Positions 1 through 12,116 are shown, counted from the stretch's first letter. The stretch: 64,000 nt of DNA from Haliotis rubra (GCF_003918875.1 NW_025766026.1:1488001-1552000), one strand, 5' to 3'. Notes: generated by a model not told the origin, from the letters alone. Translations and numbers: made by a program.

Positions 1-1580
1 AACAGACACACCATCATAACACTATTACAGTACTGTGATCTATGCATGGTAACAGGTACACCGTCATAACATTATTACAGTACAGTGATCTATGCATGGT
101 AACAGACACACTGTCATAACACTATTACAGTACTGTGATCTATGCATGGTAACAGACACACCGTCATTAACAGTGATCTATATTACAGACACACCATCAT
201 AACACATTATTACAGTACAGTGATCTATGCATGGTAACAGACACACCGTCATAACATTATTTACAATCCAGTGATTCTATGCATGGTAACAGACACACCG
301 TCATAACATTATTACAGTGACTATGCATGTAACAGACACACCGTCATAACATATTACATGGTAACATCTATGCATGGTAACACACCGTCATAACATTATT
401 ACAGTACAGTGATCTATACATGGTAACAGACACACCGTCATAACATTATTACAGTACAGTGATCTATGCATGGTAACAGACACACCGTCATAACATTATT
501 ACAGTACAGTGATCTATGCATGGTAACAGACACACCGTCATAACACTATTACAGTACCCGTCATAGTGATCTATGCATGGTAACAGACACACACCGATCA
601 TAATGGTAACTACTATTACAGTACAGTGATCTATGCATGGTAACAGACACACCGTCATAACATTATTACAGTACAGTGATCTATGCATGGTAACAGACAC
701 ACCGTCATAACATTATTACAGTACAGTGATCTATGCATGGTAACAGACACACCGTCATAACACTATTACAGTACGGTGATCTATGCATGGTAACAGATAC
801 ACCGTCATAACATTATTACAGTACGGTGATCTATGCATGGTAACAGACACACCATCATAACACTATTACAGTACTGTGATCTATGCATGGTAACAGATAC
901 ACCGTCATAACATTATTACAGTACAGTGATCTATACATGGTAACAGACACACCGTCATAACACTATTACAGTGCGGTGATCTATGCACACACACCGTCAT
1001 AACACTATTACAGTACGGTGATCTATGCATGGTAACAGACACACTGTCATAACACTATTACAGTACAGTGATCTGTGAATGGTGATAGACACACCGTCAT
1101 AACACTATTACAGTACAGTGCATGGTAACAGACACACCGTGAATGGTGATAGTAACAGACAGTGATCTATGCATGGTAACACACACCGTCATAACATTAT
1201 TACAGTACACACACCGGTATCTGTGATCTATGCATGGTAACAGACACACTGTCATAACACACCGTCATATTATTACAGTACGGTGATCTATGCATGGTAA
1301 CACACACACTGTCATAACATTATTACAGTACGGTGATCTATGCATACGGTGATCTATAACAGACATAACACCGTCATGGTAACAGACAACATTATTACAG
1401 TACGGTGATCTATGCATGGTAACAGACACACCGTCATAACATTATTACAGTACAGTGATCTATGCATGGTAACAGACACACCGTCATAACACTATTACAG
1501 TACAGTGATCTATGCATGGTAACAGACACACCGTCATATCATTATTACAGTACAGTGATCTATGCATGGCAACAGGTACA
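1..1580. repeat. 50-bp minisatellite (about 30 copies, runs off the left edge)
   Basis: Unit aacagacacaccgtcataacattattacagtacagtgatctatgcatggt recurs at a 50-bp period (1, 51, 101...), with scrambled units at about 170-380 and 1130-1390. Confidence 0.97.
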
Positions 1581-1599
1581 ACTGAGGTTCTGTTCAACG

Positions 1600-1760
1600 G
1601 AGTGAATTTAGATTTACGCCGATTTTAGCAATATTCCAGCAATATCACGGCGGGGGACACCAGAAATTGGCTTCAATAAGTTGTACCCATGTGGGGATTC
1701 GAACCCGGGTATTTAGAGTGACAAGCGAACGCATTAACCACTAGGCTACCCCATCATCCC
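1600..1760 (-). mobile_element. tRNA-derived SINE (family 1), full length
   Basis: Minus strand reads GGGTAGCCTAGTGGTTAA (A box) ... GGTTCGAATCCCC (B box); 10-bp TSD ctgttcaacg at 1590-1599 and 1761-1770. Confidence 0.92.
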
Positions 1761-1770
1761 CTGTTCAACG

Positions 1771-4470
1771 ACAATACTTTTCACCACAGCAGCATCAACA
1801 ACACATTCACTCAATCATTCTTAAACCAACAGTAACGTGTGCATGTTAACAGGCATACCGATTTGACATTTTCAAATTGGTAACAGGTATACCACCATTA
1901 GATTAATAAATCATACACTGTGACAGATTAACCCGCCTCTGTACACTGATGCTGGTCAAAGTAGTCTTTGACGGAGGCATCCTGACATCATCATGCAGAC
2001 GAATATAACATAAGAGAACCCCAGTGGAATATATCTCGGACAACACCGCAATATCAATATTAACCTGGTTTTGTCCTGTCTTCATCTCATTGGGTTCCTT
2101 GCGATGTTTGTATTACGCTTTGTCAGGCATGTTGATCCACAATGTGTTTGCAGGCAAATGCGTTATTAATACTTCTCCTTGTCGATCGCTTACTTTGATG
2201 GCGTCTTTTAAAGGAAATATTTCTTGCGGTTAGCTGTTTGAAGAAATTTCAAAGGAATTTGATGAAAGGAATTTCAGACAAAAAACCAAAACAAGCGAAG
2301 TTCTTGAAACCAGGAAACCGTAAACGACCATGCAGTGCTTACAGAAATCACGAAATTGTGTTGGTTTGTCCCTAGTTCCTAATGGTATCCTCTCGTGTTA
2401 GGATGCATGTGACTGACTGACTGACTGAGTTTGGTTTTACGCCGCTTTTAGCAATATTCCAGCAACATCACGGCGGGGGAACACCAGAAATGGGCTTCAC
2501 ACATTGTACCCATGTGGGGATTCGAACCCGGGTCTTCGGCGTGACGAGCCAACGCTTTAACCACTAGGCTACCCCACCGCCCCTAGGATGCATGTGATAT
2601 GAGTGAATCATTATTGTGATATGATAATGTATCGTGTACATAGCTGATCAATTGGGTTATTAGACATCTTACTGAGGTGCACATAGCTGATGAGTAAGAT
2701 TATAGAATGAGACACCAATACAGAGGTGTACGTAGCTGGTGAGTCAGGTTCCAGAAAGATGCTACGCTGTATAACCAGGAATCCTAAGTAACTATTCTTC
2801 CTGAATGACTTTGTAAATACTTATCGCGTTTTCATGATCTAGGGCAGCCTGTTAGAGGTCAGGCAATGTTGGCTATTGCTAAAATATTATATTGATAAAA
2901 CATTCTTCAGAAGATTTTAAGTCTTCTCCATCGCTTTTAATTCCATATTGAGTCTGGCACTATGTCCTCCTCAAATGTTCTACAGAGAAACAAATGTATT
3001 TAAGAAGGAACAAATGCGGCCTTTTGAAGATTAGAATGATTAATTGGTTTCTTTAAAGTCTACCTCAACTTGACCAGCATATGGCTCATGCTTTCATTGA
3101 CCGGTGTGGTACACAAACAGCTAGCACCGTCATCAATGTAGTCTAATTGCTGGTTAATATTGAATGTATACTTAGATCAAAAAAAATGTCTGGAAGTGAC
3201 GAGAAGTTCCGCAGAGCCTCCAGGTACATGGTTCACGTACAAGAGAAACCTCTTATCGAAGAAGTGTTCTTTATCCACCTTCACCGAACGTTATACATTT
3301 GTACAAGCTTCACAAGACAGCACGCACTTGGTGTACAGTGGGGAGAGGAAGTTCCCGAAAACACGTCTCCTACTAAAGAAGATCCTCAGTTGATGTGGGT
3401 TTCTTTAGTATTGATTGTGTTTGATCTCAGAAGACACATGGCCAATTTCCATTGACTTGGGTCTGTTTCGATCCCAGTTAAGCTATGTGTATCCAAACCC
3501 ATCCATTGCAATGTCAAAGGTAAAGGTGCGAGTCAGTCCTGGTCTATAATGAACGCGTTATGGAATCAAATTCCGTAACTTTTCAACTCGTGTCTGATAC
3601 CAGAATAGATCAAATCTTCGCCTCTTGATTGAAAAAGGAATCCTGTCATCAGGCCGGATATATAATGAAAATATTTATAAATATAAACCACAAACCTGAT
3701 GGGACAATGGAAAGGTTCAGTTATCGATATGGTATGGAATGAAGTATACAGTTGATTTTTGAACTGTTGAAACAATGACAACGTTTACTTGTGTTTGATA
3801 AAATATTAGTCCCTATTGACTGAAAGCATGATATCAGGATACCTAACTATAATTGGTCGCTGTATGCACAAAACAGTTATTCCAGATGGAAGTTTACAAC
3901 TCTGATAAGTACTTGGAAACGTTATGTTCCTTCTTTTCAAACAACTTAAATCAAAGGACTGGTGTATGTTCCCTTCTCAAACACCTTAGAACCATCCCGA
4001 GGACAATGAGGACATTATCTTGTTTTGAATGCATCGTTGTTGTTGTTTTTTAAATATGTCTCAGACAATGTATGTCCTGTCGAATGTATCAGCACCACAC
4101 GCACAAATGAAATACTAAACTATTAATGTCTATATATTCTGTTTAACCTTTCTGTGTTTTTACATACTTCCTCATCATCCATTTTGTTTGTTTAATTTGA
4201 TCTGAACAGTCTGGTTCTTCAGAATTTAGAAATAATATGAGCTCACGTCTCATGCAGTCGGTCGTCTCTCGTATTATATCGGTTAACAGAGATTTCTTAC
4301 GACCATGGAATGGGATTTGTCACTATTATAGTCTTGGCCATATACATTACTGATATATCCGATAGTTCCTCTCCAATTTCCCTCAGGGCTGAAATTTTCT
4401 CTAATAATGTTTCAATCATACGTGTTCTATAGTCCTTGTTCGCTTGGCACATCATAGATCTCCCAATCTA
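1771..4470. repeat. Large-array unit U1 (most diverged, partial copy)
   Basis: Shares ordered landmarks with later copies: catgcagacgaatataacataagagaa (about 1992 vs 17733, 26408, 33677, 44634), gttagagg..aggca (2851 vs 18451, 27169), aacagtctggttcttc (4205 vs 29764, 35354). Confidence 0.85.
2413..2583 (-). mobile_element. tRNA-derived SINE (family 1), young copy with (CTGA)n tail
   Basis: A/B boxes on minus strand; 14-bp TSD taggatgcatgtga at 2399-2412 and 2584-2597; empty site gatgcatgtgatatga in sister units (e.g. about 18166). Confidence 0.95.
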
Positions 4471-5199
4471 ACAGGGCTTCTTCACAAAAGTAATAGTTGA
4501 TAGGCTGCTATCATAGTCGTTCTGTGAGATACTCACCATATGGGACTGTCTGTATGTGTAGCATGACCAGCACATGGTATGGCTTTGAAGTCGTGGATGG
4601 AAATTGACCTGGCGTCAGCAGTGAAGCTACTCATTTAGATTTTGAGGAACATATCTAAATACAAGATGGAGCTACAGAATACGTTGTTAAATAGTTCATA
4701 CATTATAGCAATGTCAAAACTGGTCAAAAATCAAAACTGGTCAAGTTATAGCTAAACATCTTGTTACGGTTAATAATTTGCCGTGACAAAAGGTTTAAAA
4801 GTCCCCTTTGAAGCAACAAAATAGAACACAGACAAGTCTAAAATATTCAATAATATATTGGATAAACAATGAGCAAATTACAATAAATGACAATACAGAT
4901 TTCTAGTACAATGCAATTGAGTTACAAATCTAAAATATTGGCCCACCAGAGCCTTGTCATTCGCAGTGAGAACAGATATACTGATTGAAGGTTGTTTACA
5001 ATGACAGTTGTTGAATAGACAAACACGGTCTTGAAATGTTGACAGACCTGACGATGGCAGACAGATGTGTATCAGCTTGATGACGGCAGATGACTCATAA
5101 CAATATTTTCTGTTCAATGCTTTATATAACCATTGTTATGTCATTCATAGTGATACACAAAGTTTAATACAGTGTGTCAGTTGACATACCGCAGGGGGC

Positions 5200-5950
5200 A
5201 GTGTTGTGGTCTATATCTAGACTTGTGCTATATTCAGACAGACTTCTGGAATATACTACATCCCTCCTCTGATGTAGAGAACATAATAGAAAGATCAGGT
5301 AGCACCTCCCTGATATGTCAAGCATGTAGCTCTCTTTGCTTCATGACATTCAAAAATCTATAGGTGATGTTCAGGTAGTCAAATAAAACTAAACAGATGG
5401 TAACCTAGCCATTCACTGCAAGTTGGCTGGTCAGTAAAAAGGGGGGTTGGCATAAAAAAGGAAAAGATTTGTGACATTTGTCGTGGCCAGAGCCCAGAGG
5501 AGTCTGAACCAAAGCAAGGGAGTCATTTACAATTTTGACCTTGATGTGAACATTGAGGAAATAGTTCATAGAGGATAAGATTGTTTTGCGTGGCAAGGAA
5601 ACAAAATACCACTTCAGTTCTGCTATCATATGCAACCCATCATCTTCTTGAACATGTGAAAACAATCAGTCATTCCGGGTAGGTCTTTTTGTTCCCCTAG
5701 AAGCTACAATTATTGTTAACACTTTGGCCACGTTTCATCTCAGTGTACAAGTAGGACTCCTGTATGCAGAAGCTGTAGTGAGGATCATCAGGTTGAAGAC
5801 TATAAGGCTAGGGTGTTTCAAAATGTCGTAATTGTGGATGTGATCACAGTGCTGCCTCTAAAGGCTGTAAAAATATAGAGAAGACACATATGTCTAAAGA
5901 ACTAGAGTAGAAAAAGAAGTTGCCAGCTGCTAGAATTATCAAGGTAAAAA
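5200..5950 (+). pseudogene. Decayed ORF1 (gag-like, three CCHC knuckles) of an I-group (I/Nimb-like) LINE
   Basis: Manual translation gives SLNQSKGVIYNFDLDVNIEEI (about 5505-5570), YNYC*HFGHVSSQC, PVCRSCSEDH and KCRNCGCDHSAASKGC (5700-5870), with stops and frameshifts. Confidence 0.8.
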
Positions 5951-5959
5951 ATCCTTCAT

Positions 5960-6628
5960 CCATATATGCATCCGCTACCAAGGTTAGAAATATCATATTT
6001 AAATTAGGTTTGGGTATCACACACTTACGGAGATAAAAACGTTTTTGTTAAAATGTTTTTTCAACGACTGAAAGATAATTTTCGGCAAGTTTGCCATAGT
6101 GATTTATCTGAGAGCCCCAAAATGTTTACGTATTGTAATTTTAAATTAACGATTTCTTGTGAAACATACTTAACTCATATTACTGTATCCAAATATAGAT
6201 CTTGTTTATCACGATTTAGGTTAAGTTCCCATAGTTTAGAAATTGAAAGAGGCCGTTACTATAACATTCCCCGGGAACAAAGAACATGCAAAATGTGTAA
6301 CTTAAACGTAATTGAAAATGAATATCACTTCTTACTTATCTGTCCAGCTTACATCGAATTAAGACGTAAATATCTGTTGTCGCAATTCTATGTTTTCCCC
6401 AATATACTAAAATTCAATTCGTTGTTATCATCCAAAAATGAAGACATTTCCTTGAATACTGCTTAATATCTGTTTTATGCATTCGAAAAAAGGAAATCAA
6501 TTTTGTCATATTAAGATTGCATAGATTATACATGCTTTCATTGTTATCATTTTATTTCATGTCTGCACCGATGAGGTGTTTTTGTACTCATAGGCCCGTG
6601 GCCTCATAGTATCAGAAATAAAGATTTG
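5960..6628 (+). mobile_element. 5'-truncated 3' end of a CR1/L2/RTEX-like LINE nested in the I-group LINE
   Basis: ORF 6053-6466 has RFRLSSHSLEIERGRY...CKMCNLNVIENEYHFLLICPAY (C-terminal CCHC); 3' UTR has hairpin aggcccgtggcct followed by aataaa. Confidence 0.82.
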
Positions 6629-9250
6629 AAGATACGCATCCGCTGTGACAAGCCATGTTTCAATGGCGATACTGATATCTCCAAAGGTAATGTCTCTAAA
6701 CAGATTGTTGAAATAGCGGAGGCATCTATTGGAATGTCTTCTGCAAATAAACATCCAACTCTAGCCAACAAACCCTGGTGGAATCAGGAATGTCAAAAGG
6801 TCAACAGGGTCTAGAAAAAAAGTTTCAATAAAGCAAGTCAAACATGACTACCTTGCGATTTGGCAAATTTTCGGAAAAAAGGCGTTCCAGCGTATTGTTA
6901 TTTGTACCAAACCCCCAAGTTGGAAGTCATTCATCTCTACAATCAGTGGATGGGTTTACGCCACTAAAGTCAATTTGGTCTAGGATAAAAATAATGAATG
7001 GCGCAAATAACAGGTCTTCTGTTATTGCTATGCAAGCAGTCACAATACTTCCTTCAAGGATTTCAAGGAATCCTTCGGAGCCGAGTTTCTGCCAGGTATT
7101 CCACTGGTCACGACTGATGTTTTATCAGATTAGATATAAATACACCAATTACATATGACCTTAAGGGGGCATTTTCTAAAGCCCACAACTCTTCACTCGG
7201 AGCAGATGATTTGTGCTATGAGGTGTTTAAGCATATACCTGATTCTGCTCGTGAAGTTATTCATAATTAGCTTTTGAATAAGTGCTGGTAATCTGGATCT
7301 TTTCAAATGGCTTGGAGACATGCCATAATCATACCTGTACTGAAGTCAGATAGAGACCCCTCTCTACTAGCACCGTATGGGACAGTATCTCTTGCGTTTA
7401 AATTATGTCAAATTATGGAGAGAGTATTTACCAACCGCTTGAATTAATATCTTCAGAAAAACAAAGTTTTTTCAAGAATTCAAGCAGGGTTTCGAATGGG
7501 TCGCTCATGCACTGATCAGCATGTAAGACTAAAGACAGACGCTCACAATAGCAATTGACAACCATAATTTGTCACAGAATCAATTCAAACATGCTTAGAG
7601 GTAGGTAATGTTTGGTGTTCAAGATGGGGTTTCAAAATATCCCATTCAAAATTAGGAACTATGATGATCACTCGTCGGAAAATCCCATCGAAGTTATCTC
7701 TTGGGAACCATTACCTGGGTGTTGTATCAGAATTCAAATTCCTCGGAGGGTATTTTGACCAGAGACTTGCATGGTCAAAACATATAAACTGTCACTGCAG
7801 CCGTTGTAACAGTGTTCTAAATCTATTGACGTGTGTGTTCAAAACACAATGGGGAGCAGATAAATCTGCCATGATATTGCTGCATAAAACACTTATCCTA
7901 TCGAGAATCAACAATGGCTGCCATGTATACATGTCTGCTTCTAAAAGACCTCATTAAGCTTGATCACGTTCAGTCTAGAGCTCTTAACATTTGCTGTGGT
8001 GTTTTTGTAACAACTATAGTCTAGGCTCTTCAGGTTGAGTGTTCTGGCATGCTCATGTTCCTAAGACGTCAACAGACCTCCCTTAAGTGCTTTATGAATG
8101 TGGACAGCTACCATTCAGTCACGTATCTATTTAATGACTGTGGAGTATGTCATGAATGGTCTCATGGCAAGATCCCGTTTGGTTTAAGCATTCAGAAATT
8201 GGCAGCACAACTGGTAGTTGTTCATTTGAATCTAGTGGATCCATCTACACCATCTGAAACTGCTCCTTGGCTTCTCCTTAAACTGAGTTCCATTATCAAG
8301 AAGGTTATGAATCCAAATGTGGTACGAGCAATTTACAAGGCCTTCCGGACGATTTTTAGGTGAAACGAAACTTGCCTTCAGTAATTGTACTCGCTTAGCC
8401 GGACCCCGCGCTTCCGGACCCGGACAGAGACGTTTCAAACCATTCCCATAGATTTCCATTAAAAAAATGATCCAGTTATCCGGACGGAAAGATCTGGGCA
8501 CATGTGCATGTGTACATGTATGTTTCACGTCAGTGTTGTTTACCGGACGACTAAGTGTATTCAATGTTAATCTCTCGGCAGGCGTTTGCGTTTGCTGTAT
8601 ACATACTGACGCCTCCATGGATTCACCCATGATCCGTACAGCTGGAGCTTTCTTAATCCCTGATTATACTATCGCCGATGTATTCAGCCTCATGATTATA
8701 TATCGCTATTTGCAGCAGAACTTATAGCAATTCCTCAAGCACTGAGATGGATGGATAAATATAATCATGAAACATATTCGGTCTTTTTTGACCGATGCAT
8801 CGGAAGCCATTAAGGCTATTCATTCTGGAGTTAATGGGTCCAGAATTGGTATTATTTACGAAATTTTGAAACTCGACACAATTATGAATATTTTGAGATT
8901 TTCAATGTGCCATTGTGAAGTACATATGTACAGATTCTGTCCTTCTGTGGCACAAAATTGTAAAATTCGCCATCGTAAGAGACGTGATGAAGTTGTTTTA
9001 ACTAGACTCCGTCTTGGTCACTGTGCACTGCATGCCTACACAAGTATCACCTCTCTGTGACCAGTGTGGTGATAAAACGCCTGAAATATTATGTGTTGGC
9101 ATGTCGCTGTTATGTTAACATCAAACAAAATCTTAGAAGTGCCGCTCTCGAGAAAAGTGATACATTTTCGCGTGCTGCAATGTAGGGACCCAACATACAA
9201 AGGGCTATACTAGGGTACATGACGGCATCAGGCAAGTAGGAGACAATCTA
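6629..9250 (+). pseudogene. Decayed ORF2 (RT + RNase H) of the I-group LINE, RT core deleted
   Basis: KPWWNQEC; WRHAIIIPVLKSDRDP; QAGFRMGRSCTDQ (about 7480-7520); FKFLGGYFDQRLAWSKHI...WGADK; RNase H CIHTDAS; RRDEVVLTRLRLGHC. Jumps from RT domain 2-3 to domain 6 near 7555. Confidence 0.88.
8335..8590. mobile_element. Probable non-autonomous DNA-transposon fragment interrupting the LINE just before RNase H
   Basis: GC-richer segment with repeated ccggac motifs breaks LINE homology; only weak terminal similarity (aaggccttccg vs reverse complement of cggcaggcgtt); no clear TSD. Confidence 0.4.
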
Positions 9251-9680
9251 AGCAAACCTTATCGGGTAGAAACATAAAACCAAATATATTTATTGCTTTT
9301 AAATCGTTTTAACATTTCTCTTTATGTTTGATTTTCTGCTCTTTTATTGAACGATCATAATATGATTGTATGTGTTTCTCTTGACTCTTTCAAAACAAAT
9401 TGGTGGCTTTATGTTTTAGTACATTTCACAAATCAGAGGATCCTGTCATTTCTTATAAATATCTGAATACAATGAAAACATTTTCATGATGAATATAATT
9501 CATTGGTGTAGTGTGTCTACATATATTTACGATAGTTCAACATGAAGTAATGTGTTCTGATCCTAGTCTTCCTTATACTATACCACCGCCAACTCACATT
9601 ACATCTCAAGTTACAAGAAAAGAAAAGATTGTGTTACCTTGGATACTCAGCCAAGGTGAATCTCTGTCTTTATTGTTATA

Positions 9681-9834
9681 GTGAGTGAGTTAAGTTTTAC
9701 GCCGCTTTTAGAAATAATCCACCAAAATCACGACGGGGGACACCAGAAATATGCTTCATTGTACCCATGTTGGGAATCGAACCCGGGTCTTCGACATGAC
9801 GGGCAAACGTTTTAAACCACTAAGCTACCGCCCC
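9681..9834 (-). mobile_element. tRNA-derived SINE (family 1)
   Basis: Same body as 2413-2583; near-perfect TSD cttta(t/c)tgttata at 9668-9680 and 9835-9847. Confidence 0.9.
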
Positions 9835-9857
9835 CTTTACTGTTATAATCACTGTTT

Positions 9858-10032
9858 GTCGAGCCTGGACCAGACAATCCAGTGATCAACAAAATGAGCA
9901 TCGAGCTACCCATTTGAATTTCGATGACATGTGTCAACCAAGTCAGCGAGCGTGACCATCCGATCCCGTTACTCGCCTCTTACGACAAGCATGGGTTGCT
10001 GAAGACCAGTTCTAACCCGGATCTTTACCGGT
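9858..10032 (-). mobile_element. SINE family 2 (non-tRNA head), 5' portion
   Basis: Homologous to 59895-60085 (caatccagtgatcaaca...aaccaagtcagcgagc); minus-strand head aaagatccgggttagaactggtcttcagcaacccatgcttgtcgtaagaggcga. Confidence 0.75.
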
Positions 10033-11269
10033 TCAAATTTCACATACTTACGTATTACCGGTGTAAGCAGAATTACTAAGGTATAAAACCTGAGCTGGTT
10101 ACAATGTGGCTGAAATGTTGCCGACTGAACTTGTGGAATTTATTTCGGTGTCGGCAGTTTAAACGAAACAAATTCTTATCTGGCTTGGACGTTTTCCACC
10201 TCAGAACGTAACACCCGTCATTTACAGATCAATATAGAGGACATGTATCTATCAGTTCATTAGCTGTTCAATTTAATATATCTGGTGTTCAAAACAAAAT
10301 GCAGTGCATTCCTTCTCTGTTTACAAAGTGTCTTGTAACTGGTCTCGGTTTAATTGTGCCAGTTGTTCGTATGCAATATATTCTGTCTACATGGTTGACG
10401 TAAGCCTCAGTATAAGACAACATCAAGATTGTAGACTTATAATTCAGTCGTAATGTATTTGACATGTACACCCCAGAATTCAGTAGCACTCATCCTATCA
10501 GTTATGTTATTCTGTACAACCCGTATTCTGGTAAGAGAGATTTAAAAATGATATTGGTAGAACGGCGTCAGGCACATACTTATTCACACAGGCAGACCTT
10601 CTGGTTGACATGTTTTTATTTTACTGCTTACGATTTATTTGAATCAGCAAATAGACGAGACAAATATTTCTTTGACTTTTAATATCATAACAAAAAAACA
10701 AAACAAATCTATGTATAAACAAAATATGTCACTCCCAGTTGATTTGGATATCCAATTTAATATATTTCAAAAACTTCATATGTCTGGTGTTAAATACTAC
10801 ATGTAGTCTTTCAACCTCTATTCACAAATAAAATACAGCTTAAAAAGCTCTCTTCTCAATTTGATTGTGCTTGGTGTTGGTATGCAACATATTCTGCCTA
10901 AAATAGTTGACTGTAATCTTCAGTAAACCTTAATAGTAAGATTGTAGACTGATAATTTAGTCATAACTCTGAAATACACCCCGGAATTATGTAGGACTTC
11001 ATCCTATTATTTGTGATATTTTGTACAATCCATATTCTAGTGATAGAAAATTTTAAAACGTATACAAAGATTTCTATCATTCATGACAGCTCTTCTCAGT
11101 TTTATAGTGCCAGCTGTTGCTTTATGTAACATATTGGTTGACTGTGAACGGTAACATCACGACTGAAGACTTTTAAGTCAGTTAGAATGTATTTCTCATT
11201 TAAAGCCCCGAATTCTGCAGAACTTCATCCTACTATTTATATCATTCTGTGTAACCCGTATTCTGGTAA

Positions 11270-11502
11270 CTATGGAATCCTGGAAGGGACATTGTCGCGT
11301 TGTCGCCCTCTCAAATACAAGCAAAATGAAGCAAAATTAACCAAAACGCGACACGCGACATCGCGACAACGCGACATTTCGCCCATTTGTCGCATTGTCG
11401 CGATGTCGCGTGTCGCGTTTTGGTTTATTTTGCCAGATTTTACTTGTTTTTGAGAGGGCGACAATGCGACAACGCGACAATGCCCCTTCTCGGATTCCAT
11501 AG
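11270..11502. mobile_element. Foldback MITE (nearly whole-length palindrome), 4-bp TSD GTAA
   Basis: ctatggaatcc... pairs with ...ggattccatag; internal gcgaca/tgtcgc repeats are mirror-symmetric; gtaa at 11266-11269 and 11503-11506; empty site tattctggtaagagagattt at about 10524. Confidence 0.93.
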
Positions 11503-11631
11503 GTAACAGAGATTTTAAAAATGTATAATTCCATCATACAGTGTGGGATAAATGCGATAAATGTCGATTATAATCAACGCCGCGTTTAACGCCGAGTCGC
11601 TTTACCTCTTCTTGGGATGAAAACTACCTTC

Positions 11632-11737
11632 TCGATTCCCCACATGGGTACAATGTGTGAAGCCCATTCGGTCCCCTGCCGTCATATTGATGGAATATTA
11701 CTAAAAGCGGCGTAAACCATACACACTCACTCACTCA
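11632..11737 (+). mobile_element. 5'-truncated SINE family 1
   Basis: tcgattccccacatgggtacaatgtgtgaagccc...aaaagcggcgtaaa...cactcactca inserted in ctaccttct|acctatccatc, which is uninterrupted at about 19660 and 20625. Confidence 0.85.
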
Positions 11738-11842
11738 CCTATCCATCGTGTTTTCATTCACAGAATTCGAAGTTTAGACATAAAATCAGTTCAAGTTTGT
11801 TCAGTTCTACTGGTGACCTCTTAGCACATAAACTTTGAAGAT

Positions 11843-12116
11843 GGCCGGTGGTGTAACCTAGTGGTTACAGTGTGTGCTCCTCACGCCGATAGTTCGTGTT
11901 CGATTCCTTAATATGTGTGAGTGAGTGAGTTAATATTTAGCGTCACATCGGCAATATCTCAGCCATATCGTGACGAGAACAATTTATAAATGAAAGATGA
12001 ATACATTTTCAATATTAAAATCTGTCGACGTCACAATGTGTGAAGCCGGTTCTTGGTGTACTCCCGGTAATATTGCTGGATTAATGCCAAAAGCGGCGTA
12101 ACACCCAACTCACTCA
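11843..12116 (+). mobile_element. Old SINE family 1 with a nested family-3 fragment (about 11917-12030, minus)
   Basis: Degenerate A/B boxes (gtaacctagtggttac, gttcgattcc), interrupted by gtgagtgagttaatatttagcgtcacatcggc..., resumes at acaatgtgtgaagcc. Confidence 0.8.

Noticed and set aside
1-1580. CRISPR-like array or Cys-rich ORF (488-700) in the 50-bp repeat
   Set aside because: Units are contiguous with no unique spacers and no cas genes; the ORF is a by-product of the repeat.
3130-3245. Nidovirus RdRp or RT motif resemblance (YV..PGG...FNI.Q, YIDDG..C)
   Set aside because: Lacks the SG..T...N motif B residues and correct motif spacing; not enough to call a polymerase.
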